Assembly (NCBI RefSeq): GCF_006345805.1
Contig: NC_043003.1
Coordinates: 13,702,001-13,766,000, forward strand
DNA: 64,000 nucleotides
Direction of reading: 5' to 3'
Source of the DNA: Octopus sinensis
Lineage: Eukaryota
This document shows, in pieces, positions 63,085 to 64,000 of the stretch. A program made the position numbers and the translations under genes. The notes beneath the pieces were generated by a model, which was not told the DNA's origin, did no database searches, and was given only the letters and a program-made list of their open reading frames with translations. Each line of letters opens with the position of its first letter. Position 1 is the first letter of the stretch.

Positions 63085-63125
63085 ATATATATATATATAT
63101 ACACACATATATATATATACATACA
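62968..63125. repeat. Interrupted (TA)n microsatellite
   Basis: Direct inspection. Confidence 0.9.
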
Positions 63126-63559
63126 TGCATAGAGAAAGTGAGAGCCATACACCTATATATCTATATACACACCCAGGGCGTTGAATAGAAGTGAGGTGGT
63201 TACACTGGTTCAAACCTGTAATGCTGTAAATGACATGGCAGGTGAAGAAAGGAAAAAAAAAAAAAAACTGTATGTGTTGAGGTGGTGGTGGTGGTGGAGG
63301 CAGAATGTATCACAATTGTGGAAAAAACTAAAGAAAGACTATAATACAAGTAGTTGAAAAACAATGTGATTAAACACGGGGACTTCACATAGGAGATGCA
63401 ACAATATTGAAACAGGGAGTGGAGATTGCTGAATTTGTTGAGTAACGAATCTAAGATTGCATTTCAAAAACGGTTGGTACAAGACCTAGGATCAAAGACA
63501 TTCTAGCGATATAGTTCTGTATTTCTGAGATGAAGAATTTTTATATTATGTATTTAGTC

Positions 63560-63830
63560 AGAGAAGTCTCCTCTCCTTATCTTGGTTGTTGCTTTCTCAC
63601 TACATTATGGCTGTGTATGTTCTAACCTTCTTCAGGTGTCTTATTATTCACCCTGCCTAGGATTGAACTCAAAATCTCTAGGTGACTCCACTGCATCAAC
63701 CAGTGCCTTTATCCACTGTGCTATGCATGTAGGCAAGACACTATGGTAATCACAGCCTGAAGAAGGCTGGACAGTACATAGGCAAAACCAAGTGAAAAGC
63801 AACAATTGAGATGAGAACCTCACTGCGACT
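63560..63830. mobile_element. Decayed tRNA-like head flanked by two divergent hammerhead-like modules
   Basis: Minus-strand head 63650-63727 (CAGTGGATAAAG..GAGTTCAATCC); CTGAAGAAGG at 63635 (minus) and 63757 (plus), each followed by GTGA(G)AAAGCAACAA. Confidence 0.4.
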
Positions 63831-64000
63831 AAGACACAACATTCTAGCAATGACTATTGCAGTCTAAATTGACTAATGTGTCCTTTCTTTTTTTAATGAT
63901 AATGTGTGAACTGATAGAGATTTGACTGCTATTTCCAGCAGGCCAAGTAAATTTGGTTGGTTCATAACAGTTGGAAGAAAATAATATGAGTGTGTATCGT

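Overview
AT-rich animal genomic DNA, almost certainly intronic or intergenic. The repeat families and microsatellite density best match an octopus or other coleoid cephalopod; this is recall and inference, with no database search run. I found no recognisable protein-coding gene, rRNA, intact tRNA or CRISPR array. Most listed ORFs are translations of microsatellites or SINEs. The window is dominated by repeats, with family labels that are mine. These are at least three tRNA-headed SINE families (A, B, C), two RTE-tail families (D, G), TTAA-flanked MITEs (E, F), and hAT, mariner, pogo/Tigger and Helitron-like relics. There are also 3' fragments of RTE and R4/Dong LINEs, including two ~99% identical young RTE copies. 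The most notable hidden signal is a set of small type-I hammerhead-ribozyme-like folds in several unrelated Penelope-type repeats, most of them embedded in (TA)n. One has an intact core (9628-9726), one has a compensatory G3-C8 core swap (11156-11206, second copy 21030-21080), and two have C at position 4. A decayed pair flanks a tRNA-like head. Several long hairpins and inverted SINE pairs are predicted dsRNA. A few low-confidence exon candidates occur on both strands. Boundaries of diverged repeats are approximate (+/-10-20 nt).
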